The notes: generated by a model from the letters alone, not told the origin. A stretch of 64,000 nucleotides of DNA from Eledone cirrhosa (GCA_964016885.1 OZ024751.1:43834001-43898000), one strand, 5' to 3'. Positions 1-13,482 are shown, numbered from the stretch's first letter. Program-made: numbers and translations.

Positions 1-55
1 ATCATCTTCAGGTAAATTATCTTCCCAGTCCAGTATAGTATCAGTCAGCTGACCC
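1..55 (-). CDS. SIRT6: Sirtuin 6, coding exon 5 (truncated by window edge)
   Basis: (R)GQLTDTILDWEDNLPEDD matches the SIRT6 DTILDWED motif; CAG acceptor at 58-56. Confidence 0.9.
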
Positions 56-343
56 CTGAAAATATAGATTGGAGTATCAAGATTAATAACCAATATCAGT
101 GATCAATATATCGATATATCATTATCAATCAACCGTCTGAAACAATTGTAAAACAATGAACTGAATAAGCACTAATCTGTGTATATATATATGTATATAT
201 ATATATATATGTATACATATACATATATATACCCACACATATATATATATCAACTCGTAGAGCAAATATTCATTATTAGTACAGATTAAAAGTTTAAGCA
301 ATAAATTTCTGCTTTCATTCTAAGTGGCATCATCTGTACTAAT

Positions 344-374
<31 letters not shown>

Positions 375-493
375 AACATATATGTGTCAGAATTAACACC
401 ACCAATAGTGAAAACAACAAAAGCTCCTCCCACCACCACCAATAAAAAGAAAAACAAGATAACAAAAGAGTTAAGTAAGACAATGAAATTTAC

Positions 494-579
494 CTGCAAA
501 TCCCTCTCATCTTCATTTGTAAACAATAATCACCTGTATGCTTCAAACCCATCGTTGGTACAGATGACTCACTGATGTA
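494..579 (-). CDS. SIRT6: Sirtuin 6, coding exon 4
   Basis: YISESSVPTMGLKHTGDYCLQMKMRGIC(R), zinc-binding region; AG/GT boundaries, phases 0/2. Confidence 0.9.
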
Positions 580-1097
580 CTGAATAATTATAATAATGAT
601 GATTTCTTATTTAAATGCAAGACATGAAATTAGTTGGGGGTGGAAAAGACAGTTAAGTTAACAGTGTTTTGTATAGGAAAATCAATCAGGAAAAATAACA
701 CAATACCACGATGGAAAACACCCAGTCCATTCTGCAAGGTGGTAGAGCTAAAACCATGATGAAATGTTCCCAGCCCACCTCGTAAAGTGGTAGTGATGGT
801 GCCATGATGAAAAGCATCCACTCCACGTTGTAAGGTGGTAGCGGTGGTGCATGATGAAAAGCATCCAGTCCACTTTATAAGGAGACAGAGCTGGTGCCAT
901 GAAGAAAAGCACATGGTCCACTCTGCAAGGTGGTAGATCTGAAGCCATCATGAAATGTTCCTAGCACACCTTGTCAGGTGGTAGTATGGGTGCCATGATA
1001 AATATCACCCATTCCACTCTCTAAAGTGGCTGGCATTACGAAGAGCATCTAGCTGTAGAAACCAAGTGTACATGCAGAAAAGAGAATGAAGTTTTAC

Positions 1098-1225
1098 CTG
1101 CATACAACATTTGTCACATTCTTCAACAAACATGTTGCCATGGAGTTCAGAGAGTCGGTTACGTGGAAAGCCTGACCGTAAATGTAGTCCATCTATATTT
1201 TGACTGATCACAAAATGGACAAAGC
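1098..1225 (-). CDS. SIRT6: Sirtuin 6, coding exon 3
   Basis: (G)[42 protein letters not shown]; contains SQNIDGLH and the catalytic HGN motif. Confidence 0.95.
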
Positions 1226-1616
1226 CTGAAAGAAAGGAATAAAAATGAAGATATATAGCCAATCTCTCAGACTCTAAGTACTGAGAATATGAAGATGATG
1301 ATGATGATGAAAGTAATAGTCCATCAGTACTTTATTTTATTGAAAATAGCCACTGGTTCAGTAAAAGTGTCAGACACTAAAGTGTAAATAAAGAATAATG
1401 TGCTCATGTATAGCGATGCTATAAAATAGTTTATAAAAGCCAGTTAAAAGAAAATTTTATTCACTGTTGTATAAAAAGAGATATAATAATTGTTTCTTAA
1501 AATTTGCTGGCCTTGTACCTCAATATTACTCTAGTACAGAGATTAGAAACAAACTAAGAGTGAATCCTGTTTTTAAGAATAAAGTATCAAACAATTGTTA
1601 AATTTTCTAGGCTTAC

Positions 1617-1724
1617 CAGCTTTCTCAAGAGCCACCAGGGCCATGTGTGTTTTAGTTGGTTTGGCACTTTCAAAGGTTATATCAACTTTAGGTTCCTCTC
1701 CACGCATTTCCAAAGTCCAGACTC
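1617..1724 (-). CDS. SIRT6: Sirtuin 6, coding exon 2
   Basis: (G)[35 protein letters not shown](G); AG/GT boundaries, phases 1/1 consistent with neighbouring exons. Confidence 0.93.
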
Positions 1725-2163
1725 CTGTTTCAACAGAGACAGATAGATTTTTCAAAACACAGTTGTAATGATTCAACATCCCGGCTTAGTTTGAAAGAAC
1801 TCACCCAACCCTTTCTAGTAGAGAAAACAGATGTTGAATAATGAGGATTACTATATCATATTTACTTTTAGGTTCCCCTGAAGTCTGGACTACCAGATGT
1901 ACTAAAACCACCATACCAGTAACAATATAGAATATAACTAAATGATATTTACCTTTAGGTCTCCTTGAAGTTTGGTATACCAGATGTATTAAAATCACCA
2001 TACCACTAGATGTACTAAAACCACCATACCAGTAACAATATCTTTAGTAAATGCTATTTACCTTTAGGTCCCCTAAAGTCTGGTATACCAGCAGATGTAC
2101 TGATACTACCAGATATACTAATACCACCATACCAGTAATAATATCTTAATAAATGTTATTTAC

Positions 2164-2368
2164 CTTTAGGTCCTCTGAAGTCTGGTATACCAGCAGATGT
2201 ACTGATACCAGCACCAGTATGAAATACAACATGTTTACTTTCTCGCATCAATGTTGCAAGTTTCAGGATTTTTTCTTCCACTTCAACTTCCGGATCAAAC
2301 CGTTCTGGAATTCCACATTTTCCTTTATTTGCATATTGGGACAACCCAGCAGCATAATTGACCGACAT
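2164..2368 (-). CDS. SIRT6: Sirtuin 6, first coding exon
   Basis: [22 protein letters not shown]...[21 protein letters not shown](G) is the characteristic SIRT6 N-terminus. GT donor at 2163-2162 (phase 1). An upstream CAG acceptor at 2390-2388 implies a 5'UTR intron. Confidence 0.95.
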
Positions 2369-2602
2369 AGAGAATTCCTAAGTATTCCTGCAACAGAATC
2401 ATCAACATTACAAGTATTATATATATGAAAATGGTAACGACAGTGGCTTGGTCCCCACAGACAGCTGATCTACATTAGTCCACATGGACCAGATGGCAAT
2501 AGATGAAATGGTCAAGGCTGACTTGGGCCAAATAAGCAATATATATAGACACATATAGACATATACAGAAGCATACATACATATAGACACATACATACAT
2601 AT

Positions 2603-2708
2603 ACAGACACATATAGACACATTGGAGAGATGCTGTGCTGAATAAGACCCGTCCCACCCTTACAAGCAGGGAAAAGCGGACGTAAAATGATGATGATGAT
2701 GATGATGA
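2603..2708 (+). mobile_element. 3' terminal fragment of the same RTE family
   Basis: Near-identical to the reverse complement of 22098-22175; ends in (ATG)n. Confidence 0.85.
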
Positions 2709-3475
2709 AACATACATATAGTGACATACACACATGGCTAGCTATAAACAAGAAAGAAAACAATATAAAACTTATTGATGCTCAAGCGAGTTACTAACCC
2801 GCCCAAGCCACCTCTCGTTCTATGAAACGAAATCAAACATTTTAAAAGATTTCTACTTCAACTAAAATCTTTTGGTAAATTATGTTACAAACATCATCTT
2901 AACAATGAAATAATAATCTTAAAGTCTTTATTAATTAACTGAAATACAATGTTGTTTTTAATTGAAAATATACGGCTATGCGAGGGTGAATAAAAAGTTA
3001 AATTGTGGTGAATGTTGGTTCTATTGTGAATATGTTGGAGAGAAGGCGGGCGATGGTAAATAATAATAATAATAATAATGATGATGATTTCATTTATTGG
3101 CCACAGGGGCCGACATGTAGGGGACAATACAAAGACACGGACAATAGGGGTTTACAATAAGATTGAGTAAAAATGCACAATAACAAAACCAACTTAACGG
3201 TTTCTGATTTAGGAACAATGCCAGCCAATTTGGGAGAAAGGATGTCGATTAAATCGACCCACTTTATTTTATCGACCTCGTAATAATAAATAATACTAAT
3301 AATTTGAAATGTTTGTCCCAGCGTAAACTACTATAATAACAGTCTATCATTATATAAATAATAGTTGAGAAAACCAGAGTAAAGCTCCAATGGTGATGGG
3401 GAAAAGTAGAGAATAGAGACATCTACGAGAAATATTAATAATGTTATAGTTAAAGACGAAATATATATATATATA

Positions 3476-3550
3476 CAGGGTGTCCCCAAAAAATATATAC
3501 ACAAATCTATTAGAATGCTGAAGTGCGTAAACATTTTTTTAGACACCCTG
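3476..3550. mobile_element. Tc1/mariner-type MITE
   Basis: TA-CAGGGTGTC...GACACCCTG-TA; related copy at 10861-10960 in the opposite orientation. Confidence 0.7.
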
Positions 3551-4607
3551 TATATATATAAATATAAATATAAACAACAACAAATACGATTTCTTTAACA
3601 CCCGGCCCCCTTCCTCTCTCTACACTATACACTGAAATTGACAACTTCTATCAAGGAGAGTCCTCCCCTTATCTCTGTCATCAATTTCTTTATAACTTTA
3701 TTATAATAATACGATTTTGTTTTTAATGACATTTTGTAAAAGATAAGCTTTCGAAGGTGGAGTTTACAATTATGTTAATGAAAAATAAATACAAAATTAA
3801 TCAATTAATTTAAAAAAAAAAAAAAAAAAAATGTTCGTTACTGTACACTGCTGTTCTTTAATAATTGTCACCAGTGCTTTCGGTGTATTATTTGTATTAA
3901 CTCGGGAGATTTTCATTTTTCATCGGGCTTTCTTAAAATTTCATGTAGATAATTAAGAACATTAATCAAGATAATGTCATATAGATTTTATACAGGAACG
4001 TAGTGCTATTTTTACAACTATAAATTGCAATAATAACAATTAATCAATTAACTTAAAAGATATTAATAAAATAAATTCTACCTTTAGTTTCAATTTTATC
4101 TACATAATCGTAACATACACCTTTATAAATATATACCTGCAAAATTTAATTTTAAAATATGTGTTATTTTCAAAAAGTTTTGAAGATAGAGATTTAGCCA
4201 CAAATATATATATATAAAATAAAAATTCAGGATTTTCTAACCTAGATGAGGAGATTCAACAATTGTTACTATTAAAAAAAAAATACACTAACTGGACATT
4301 AGTATTAAGGAAAATATTCCATAAAGACGGAAGACGGACATTTGAAAATGTATGTATACACAAACACGTTGCTGAACGGAAAAATAATACAACGAAATAT
4401 TGGTTAAACTAACACAGATTTTTTAAAAAGATGTTTTATACAGCGATGTATCTTAAATATTACATTGCTGAGAATTATACCTTAATTAATGTTTAATTAA
4501 AGCACTTGATTAGTCTGTTTGTTAACACACACACACCAATCAGCTTAGTAAAAAATGCGTCGGGTGGGTAAATAAATACACTGGGAGTGAAGAATATAAA
4601 GACACAT

Positions 4608-4641
<34 letters not shown>

Positions 4642-5123
4642 CTTATAATATAGTTGAGTGTGATTTCATATTTTGAAAGAATAGAGCCACGATATGTAAA
4701 CATCGCGGTAGCTTATATACATTTTAATAGATGGTATTATATCCGTGAAAATCTAATACCATGTATATATACATATATTGTTTAACAAGAAGGGAAAAGG
4801 CGAGAGAGTCACAACATGTAAATAATATCTTTGTCTGTCTATGTCTTACTCTCTCCCTCTCTCTCTCTTTCCATATAAAGATACGGTATTATTGCAATTG
4901 AGAGTTTAATTGCGGGGGTGGAAGACAAATTAAATTTGGAAATCGAGTACATGTCTTCTTTAAAGATCTTACAAGGAATAAATAGACAGGTTGAAAATAT
5001 TATGTCAAGTCGACCGGGAGGGAGAATAATAGTTAGAAATGGTAGGTACCAGAGTTTGTTTTCTAAAGCTTCAATAGAGATAAAGTGACTTTGTTGAAGA
5101 ATGCACGCTTTACGGAAACAACA

Positions 5124-5180
5124 CAGGAAAAACAGGAAGTTGATACGTTTACGCATGCGCTTTCCAATCTAACAGGAAAT
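5124..5180. promoter_or_regulatory. Possible housekeeping promoter elements
   Basis: CAGGAAGT (ETS-like) next to ACGCATGCGC (NRF1-like), plus CCAAT twice; lies in the divergent SIRT6/ZIP intergenic region. Confidence 0.3.
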
Positions 5181-5289
5181 GACCAATTCAAACCGAAAAC
5201 TCCATTTTAAACAATAACTTGCACTTATTTAATATATAATTATATATAATATAATACAATACACACGTATATTTTATATGTATATATAA

Positions 5290-5327
<38 letters not shown>

Positions 5328-6093
5328 ATATTTGTATATATATAGTAATATATTAAATTTATTGTATGCACTCAACTAATGTATTGAGTACCTTACTGTG
5401 GTACCCCCGATTGAACCCGAGCTCTCTCTCTCTCTCACACACACATATATATATATATATATAACTTTGTATAATACACGTAATATATTATATATATACA
5501 TATGATGTATAAAGTATGTGTGTGTATGTATATATCTCCTAAGCTTCTGACAATCGAAGCCCAGCGCGAGGCCTTCCCGTGGCTGAGATGTTTTGAACTG
5601 ACAAGAGGTGAAAAGCGAGTTACTGGTGCCTTAAAACTAGTTTACCCGGGGTAGACAGGACCATGACCCTAATTCTAATCAAAGACGTATAGATGTCTCT
5701 TTTGTGATCTATCTCTTCAGCCAATGCTGGCCAGGACTCTGAATTCTTGGTCCTATAAAGGCACTGAAATATATGATTGCAAGACGAACTCTTTAACCAT
5801 TCAAAAATAACTGCAGTTATTGGGGTGTCACACAAATTAGTACCAATGAAATACTGCCACTTTCGTAGTTTCCTCACCTCATGAAATGTAGTATAGGTGG
5901 GAGCAATCACGATTCCCTCAGTGATCTGTGCTGATGAGTCCTTAGTTGGAGTGTTGTCAGTGCCTGGGGGGGGGGGGGGGTTATGCCTTTTGTTGCTGGA
6001 TTGAAATGTCACCCCCATGGTGATAGAGACTACAGGAAAGATTGAGATGATCTTGAGACGGCTATCATCTAACAAGATGAAGCAATCATCGTG

Positions 6094-6460
6094 TGCTCTC
6101 GGGTCCCAAATAATAGGGGTGGGGTGGAATAAGCGGGATGGGGGAGGATTCGGCAATTTTTCTAGGTTGTCTTCCTTGATTGTTTTAAAAACCCAGAATT
6201 AGTCGTTTAGTTTACATATTCAGACCCCCAACCCATCCTATTTATTTTATAACATAGGATTTCTAGTAATGTACTTTTTGGGTCATGTATAATGTTTTTT
6301 TTTTAATGTATAAAGAAAATTAATTGTCACAGGAATGCTATCACTAAAATAAAATTTCGCCAGAGACAGATTAACAAAATTTAATAAGTTGGAGGTGGGT
6401 AGAAACAAATCTGAGAAATTAATAAGTAGGGGTAGGGTGATTATTCAAGACCCGAGAGTA
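6094..6460. mobile_element. Putative MITE
   Basis: Terminal inverted repeats TGCTCTCGGGTC / GACCCGAGAGTA. Confidence 0.45.
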
Positions 6461-8670
6461 TATATATGTCATGTAAATAACTGAGAATTCCATAAACGCA
6501 TGTACCCTTAATATAATTCTCATGGATATTTAGCGTGACATGGCTGGCCCTATTAATTACATGTACAGTCCATCTGATGGGCTTTCAAACAGTTTCCGCT
6601 TATCTAATTTCTAGTTTCCCTCACAGGGTATGAGTCTATCTATGGCTATAGTAAATATCGTTCAACTAAGATAGCATGCAGTGGGATTGAACCCCGGACC
6701 TAATGATTGCAAGACGAACTCTTTAACCATTCAGTCATTAACAACTTCTGAATATTTCAGTCGCACATATCGACATCACAACATAAGAATTACTAACAAC
6801 AGAATCCCTATCTTTACATCTTATATCAATACTAATCGAGATGAGAAATTTTCCAATAACCAACCAATACTTTACACAGCGGCATTACTCTGGATATCTT
6901 TCTTCAACACAGATATTTCAGATATGATAAACTAAATTTGATATTTATAACTCTTACTTCATCAATTTAATCATGTAAAACTATAGCTTTTAGCTCCATA
7001 TATATGTATGGGAGTCGTAACTCCCGATGGAGACGAAGAGGCATATAGACCATATAGGCATGTAGACCATATAAACACGAGAGTCATCAGACTTTGGATG
7101 GGGGCATCATTTGGGGGAAAATAACTTAATAAATTTGATTGAATTATATTAAAATCGAATAAAGCGTTTATTTCATGTTTCATCTGTGTTTATATATTCA
7201 AAATATTTTCCTTTCTCACAATACTTCTCAGTATATTAGGCCTCATACTTGAGTCTTTGGGGCATATAATTAAGATTTTCCCCGGGCATCACCAGAGCTC
7301 TGCACGCCGCAGAATTACTGTATCTGCAATTCAAAGGACCAGTCATGCTACGCTGAACTTCGTTGGTAATTACGTAATGGGTATACATATTTGTGGAAGG
7401 CTCAGACCCTTACAGGTTAATTTCACGAGCAGGTTGTTCCGTTGATTGAACGGCCACAACACTCCTCGCCGAAACCGACGTATGTGTATTTCCCAAAACT
7501 ACATTGATGTTATTGGCCTAGGAGTAGCTATAAAGGAAATGAGAACAGCTCCTATATCCAGACCTCTCCTCCAGCCTCCAAATATTCAAGCTGAATATCA
7601 AGCATACCGACCTCAACAGTTTTGGGGTCCTGTAAAGGTCAGGAGCGACTCTCCTTCCTCCTTCCTCTCTGACGAAAGACGGTGTTGACAGTTTGCGGGA
7701 TATAGTTAAAAAAAGAAGGTTGTAACCAAATACCATTTGGTAATTCGTCTGACAGAGCTCTTCTCTTTCTCTCATTCCACCAGTTGTTACTTCTGGTTGG
7801 TAGAATCGGTTAGGACGTCGGTATTTAGTTACCGGCATTAACAATCTGAGTTCAAATCCAGTCCAGGTCCATTAACCTTTCATTCTTCCTGGGACAATTT
7901 GACTTTTCAGTCTTCCTAGGTCAATTTGACCCTTCATTCTCCTTGGGTCGATAGAATAAAGTACCAGTGAAATACTGGAGATCTTTGGAGCATACAATCA
8001 AGATTTGTCCCGGGCATCACCAGAGCTCTGCACGCCGCAGATACCTATAAATGTACCCTCCTTGGGTCGATAGAATAAAGTACCAGTGAAATACTGGAGA
8101 TCTTTGGAGCATACAATCAAGATTTGTCCCGGGCATCACAAGAGCTCTGCACGCCGCAGATACCTATAAATGTACCCTAGATGTGAATGGATGTCTAACA
8201 GAAGTGGACAAGGCCTTAATAGTTCAAATTCCAGCAAGATCAACTTTTTTCCCCCGCTATCAACAAAATCAAACAACAGTTATGTACGGGAATCGATTTA
8301 AACTGATGCACCTTCCACACCCACCCCCCACACGCCATAGAAATGTTTGGTCTAGTTCGTGTTAAGAAATCAACATAGAAGTTTAAGAAAAGCACAAAAC
8401 TTATAGCATTTCTCGAGGCCTTTTACGACTTTTTCAAGAGTAACATCGGAATGAATCTATTGAAATAGTTCGGCAAGGAATGAAAGAGGAACCAATTAAT
8501 TATCAATAAAAAAAAATCGAAAATCCAATTACGAAAACAACCACAATAACAATAAAAAAAACAACCACAATACAACAAAGCAAAGCCAACAAATAAATGA
8601 ATACAAATAACGGATATCATTACGGCTACAAAATATAATTCTAGTGTCCTTTGCGGCGTGCATATCTTCT

Positions 8671-8734
<64 letters not shown>

Positions 8735-8739
<5 letters not shown>

Positions 8740-10851
8740 TGCCAACAGAAAAAAGCGGAATAAATCTTCTAACCATCTCAAGCAAGTGACAAAGAAGGCA
8801 GTGCTTGAATTTGAACAGTGCATCGCAACCAATCCTGACAGTAAGGTGTTCTGGAAATATGTTCATTCAAAGCAGAGACCTCACTCTCCAGTTGGTCCTC
8901 TTCGCAATCCCCACACAAGCCAGATCACTGACGATCCCAAGGAATGCGCAGAACTCATTGCTGAGTGCTATGCAAGTATTTTTACTGTTGAAGACCAGAA
9001 TGTACCATCTCCACCATCTCTAACATCAAATTCCATAACAACTATGGAATTTACACCTGCAATGTTGCGACGTCACCTTAAGAATAAGCGCAACTATGCC
9101 TCCCCTGGTCTTGATGGTGTGACATACCTGCTTCTCAAACGTGGCGGGGATTTCCTTTTGCGCCAGCTTTCTTTTTTCTTTCAATACTGTCTCAGCAATG
9201 GTGCTACTCCGGAGCAGTGGAAAACTGCCAGTGTCATTCCCCTGTTCAAAAAGGGCAACCGCATGTCACCTGTCAACTATCGTCCAGTCAGTCTTACTAG
9301 CTGTATGGCCAAACTGATGGAATCCTGTGTCAGAGAAACACTTTGGAACTTCTGGAGCTCTCACAGCCTCATCCGGCCCTCACAGTTTGGATTTATCCCT
9401 AACTCCAGCTGCTGTGATCAGCTTATCGAGTTTCTTGAGGACATCACCCGGATCACTGACAGCGGCTCATGGGTGGATGTTGTTTACCTTGACTTTGCTA
9501 AGGCTTTTAATTCTGTGCCACACAAAAGACTTATGGCAAAACTCTCTGCAATGGGTGTGAGGGATGATCTTTTCGACTGGCTGAAATCCTTCATTCTCAG
9601 CCGAAAGGAAGTAGTCACGGTTCTAGGACAGCATTCTTCACCATATGAGATGTCATCTGGTGTACCACAGGGATCTGTTCTTGGTCCTCTTTTGTTTGTG
9701 GCATATATTAATGACATAGATGCCAACTTACAGAATGCCACGGTACTAAAATATGCAGATGACATCAAGCTGTACCTTGAAATCAAAAGGACTGATCCTG
9801 AAATTTACAACTCTTTCCTACAATCAGACCTGGACACAATGCAGCAATGGATCACAGACTGGCAACTGAAGCTGGCTGTGGACAAGTGTACCACCATGCA
9901 TTTTGGAAGGAAAAATCCAGCGTCCACATACTCCCTCCACAACACTGACATCAAAAAGTCCTCTTGTGAACGTGACCTGGGCATTACTGTCAGCAACGAT
10001 TTGCGTTGGACAAAGCATGTCTCTAAGATTGTCAAGAAGGCCGAGGGTGTCTTGGCATCACTCAGCAAGACCTTTGTTAGCCGCTCTCCAGCCATCTATT
10101 TAAAACTGTATACAGCTATGGTGCGACCACACTTGGAATTCGCATCATCAGTCTGGAACCCCTATCTTGCTCGGAACATTGACCTCCTGGAAACTGTTCA
10201 GAGACGTGCAACCAAGCGCATACCCTCCATCAGACACCTACCATACTCTGAACGCCTTGCTTCCCTGGGCATGGATTCATTGAAGCTCCGACGTCTGGCA
10301 ATGGACTTGGTGAATACCCACAAAGTTTTTAACCATCTCGCCAACTGCAACCCTGAGCGCCTCTTTGATCTCCATGTGTCTAACACACGTGGACATGCCT
10401 ACAAGATAAGAAAACAGCACAGCTCCCATGACTTTCGCAGACATTTTTTCACGCTCAGAGTTGCTGAAGCATGGAACAAACTGCCTGCGTCAATTGTTAG
10501 CTGCCGAGACACTGCATCCTTTAAGACACTCATGCTTCCCAAAATACGCCAAAATTACACCTGATGTACCCCTTCCATACACATGCACACATGTGTGTAT
10601 CATGACTCGTGCACTGTTCATTTTACTGATGTTTGTGCATTGCCCTATGTACTGTACATGCACTTTTTTGATGAGTTGTGGTGCACCTGGGCACTGTGCA
10701 CAATATTTCGTTATTGTTATTATATCATGACTCATACACTGTTTATTTTCCTGACATTTGTACATTATTCTATGTACTATACATGCACCTTTGATGAGTT
10801 GTAGTGCACCTGAGCGCTGTACACAATAATTTCATTATTATTATTATTATT
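8735..10851 (+). mobile_element. CR1-group LINE, 5'-truncated; RT ORF uninterrupted to 10564
   Basis: NYRPVSLTS, QFGF, YLDFAKAF, SGVPQGSVLGP, YADD, C-terminal TRGH..K and FFTLRV..WNKLP. The 3'UTR has an internal ~128-bp duplication and an (ATT)n tail; the 5' end abuts (TA)n. Confidence 0.92.
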
Positions 10852-10860
10852 ATATATACA

Positions 10861-10958
10861 CAGGGTGTCCCCCTCCCCCCCAAATATATACACACTTCTA
10901 CAGCATTCTAATAAATATTGCCTGTAATCAAAGTGTGTACACATTTTTTGGGACACCC

Positions 10959-10960
<2 letters not shown>
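10861..10960. mobile_element. Tc1/mariner-type MITE
   Basis: CAGGGTGTCCC...GGGACACCCTG terminal inverted repeats. Confidence 0.7.
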
Positions 10961-11027
<67 letters not shown>

Positions 11028-11220
11028 AAGCTTCTACAGGGCTGTAGAAGCTTTTCTATATTAAAACATATACTCTGCTATGTATTGAGTACTGTTATGT
11101 ATTGAGTTACTGTGGTTACCCCCGATTCAACCCGGAATAACTTATATATATATATATTCATTTTATTAAGGCTGAATAGTGAGTCTTGTTTCTCTGGAGT
11201 TTCGCCTGTTTATTACATGT

Positions 11221-11268
11221 CTTGTTTGGTGACCCTATCATAAACAGGTGAAACTCCTGAGTAACAAG
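11221..11268 (+). ncRNA. Degenerate hammerhead in inverted repeat 11160-11292
   Basis: CTTGT-TTGGTGA-CCCT...AGGT-GAAA-CTC-CT-GAG-TA-ACAAG; stems I and III intact, core mutated. Confidence 0.5.
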
Positions 11269-11390
11269 TCTCACTATTCAACCTTAATAAAAGGAATATT
11301 AAAACTCTACTTCGGTATTGAGTACTCATTTCTCTCAGCCGTCAACTGCATACGGATCTCCCTCTCTCTCTCTCTCTATATATATATATA

Positions 11391-11582
11391 GGAACCAGTA
11401 AGACCCCGACAGCTGAGCTCAAGCCGTTTCGACGGCTAATTCTGGACTCAGAATTAGCCGTCGAAACGGCTTGAGCTCAGCTGTCGGGGTCTTACTGGTT
11501 CCTATTACCCACTCTACTACCTCAAGTATTGAGTACTTTGGTGCGTTATGGTCCACCTGGTTCCTTACCACATTTCCTTCGT
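11391..11582 (+). mobile_element. Fold-back element with the 3' half of a hammerhead (Penelope-like terminal repeat derivative)
   Basis: Near-perfect palindrome 11391-11502 plus a unique tail, flanked by (TA)n; family members at 16658-16822, 18019-18363 and 53395-53600. Confidence 0.7.
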
Positions 11583-12340
11583 TATATATATATATATAAA
11601 GATTATATACATACACACATATATATATATATTACAAATACATTAGTTTATTAATAGCATTAGAAATTGTTTATAATTCTAACAAAAAAAAAAAAAAAAG
11701 GGTATATATTATATATATATACATATATATATACACTCCATTCCTCCACCTACACATATTAAATTGTGTTTATATCTAAATATAACATATAAACATAATT
11801 GGTAAAAATAAGGTCATTTCCAATAAAAAAAAAAAAATTAAAACAGAGTTACCCGCCCTTGAATGTGCTCGTGGTAGATTGAGAAAAAAAACGAGTCACG
11901 AAGTCATGAGTTGTTTATCAACGTGACATTATAATTGTCATTAAGAACCAGTACTTCAGCAACAGCAGGGATAACACAACATGTTTCACATATGTCGCTA
12001 ATGGCTTCGTACGTCTTTCTGACAGTAAATATTCAGTTATACAATTAACATATAAAATGTTTGCGGTAAAACCAACGCCTCCAATACAAACATACCGCAT
12101 ATTTTTCGATATATTACTATCTCATTTTAGTCTTCTGACTTTATTTTAATTATATATATTTTGAATGTAATAACAAAGGAAAAAAAACTCATCAAAAAAC
12201 ATCGTAAAACTAAAACTTTATTGCTATATAAATATACATATTAAACTTATATATATATATATAACTTGGAGAGACTGAGATAGACGTATATTTACTTATT
12301 TTGTTCCAAGTGTCGAATCAGCACCAGAAAAAAAAAAGAA

Positions 12341-12483
12341 ATGAAAGTGGAAATATTAAAAACCATTCTTCTTATCGCTCTCTTCTGTGTCACATTAATA
12401 TGCGGCTTTCTACCCGTGAAATTAGTCTCTTTTACCAGACGTCCGTCCCACGGTGGCATTTCACAACACTCTAGTCGGAAACG
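12341..12483 (+). CDS. ZIP1/2/3-type (SLC39A) zinc transporter, exon 1
   Basis: ATG at 12341; MKVEILKTILLIALFCVTLICGFLPVKLVSF...SRK(R) forms TM1; GT donor at 12484 (phase 2); absent from the ORF track. Confidence 0.85.
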
Positions 12484-13184
12484 GTAAAGTAACTTAAATA
12501 TTCTATCTAACTTATTATTTTTATTTATGTGTGGTAAGGCGTTGAATTAACAGAGTTGTTAGAACGTCGGTTAGAATCTTTGGGGGTATTCGTTGGGGTT
12601 CACTGCGCTTTGAGTTGAAATTCTACCGAAGTCAACTTTGTCTTTCATTCTTTTGAAAACTATAAATAAAGAACCAGTCAAGTACCAGGATCGATTCTTC
12701 TTCCATATCTTCTCACTCTCCACTTTTCACCCGCTTTTTTTTCTTGCTTTCGAAGAAATTGGCTGTGTTCAAACTTAGAGAGGGATGGGCTCCGCCAAGT
12801 TTTAGAAATGCCCAAGACATGCTGTATATTACTACGGCGCCCCTAAGACTCCACTAGGAGCGAAGGCCCCATGATATGGAATGAAATGGTATTTGTGAGC
12901 ATCACATGGTGATAGTCGTCCTATTAATTATCGTAATAGTCATCGTCGTTTTTGTTGTTGATGTTATTAAAGTGATTTTTTTCTATTAGAATTTTATTCC
13001 CCTCTAAGACATTTTATAAGGATATATTACATTTCTATAGTGTTTCTTTTTAAATATAAAACAGGACAGTACTGTATAATAGGATTTCTTAAACAGTAAC
13101 TGCTTATAATGAGAAACATTGTAGTAATTATAACACTAGCTGGTTCCATTTTCTATACACCAAGTGGTACTGCTGTTCTTAGGA

Positions 13185-13482
13185 AAATGCATCATATACA
13201 CACTGTAAAGGTGTCATGATAAAATGCATCCAGCACACACTATAAAGTGGTAGTGTTGGTGTCATGATAAAATGCACCCAGCACACACTGTAAAGTGGTA
13301 GTGTTTGTGTTATGATAAACTGCACCCAGCACACTCTGTAAAGTGTTTGTGTTATGATAAAATACACCCAGTACACACTGTAAAGTGTTAGTGCTGGTGT
13401 TATGATAAAATAAACCCAGCACACACTGTAAAGTGTTAGTGCTGGTGTTATGATAAAATAAACCCAGCACACACTGTAAAGT
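13185..13482. repeat. ~45-51-bp tandem repeat derived from a SINE-like internal segment
   Basis: ATGATAAAATGCACCCAGCACACTGTAAAGTG units; single-copy version at 38275-38340 and a degenerate array at 705-1060. Confidence 0.75.

Noticed and set aside
2799-2830. Possible SIRT6 5'UTR exon ending at GG|GTTAGT
   Set aside because: Plausible donor, but it cannot be supported without transcript data.
4839-6156. 105-aa and 178-aa ORFs
   Set aside because: No recognisable domain; the second spans a MITE edge and a probable decayed LINE fragment.
8651-8734. Listed start of the 637-aa ORF; likewise the listed starts of the 807-aa and 303-aa ORFs
   Set aside because: The LINE ORF starts are read-through from flanking (TA)n of truncated elements; the ZIP ORF really starts in the exon at 12341.
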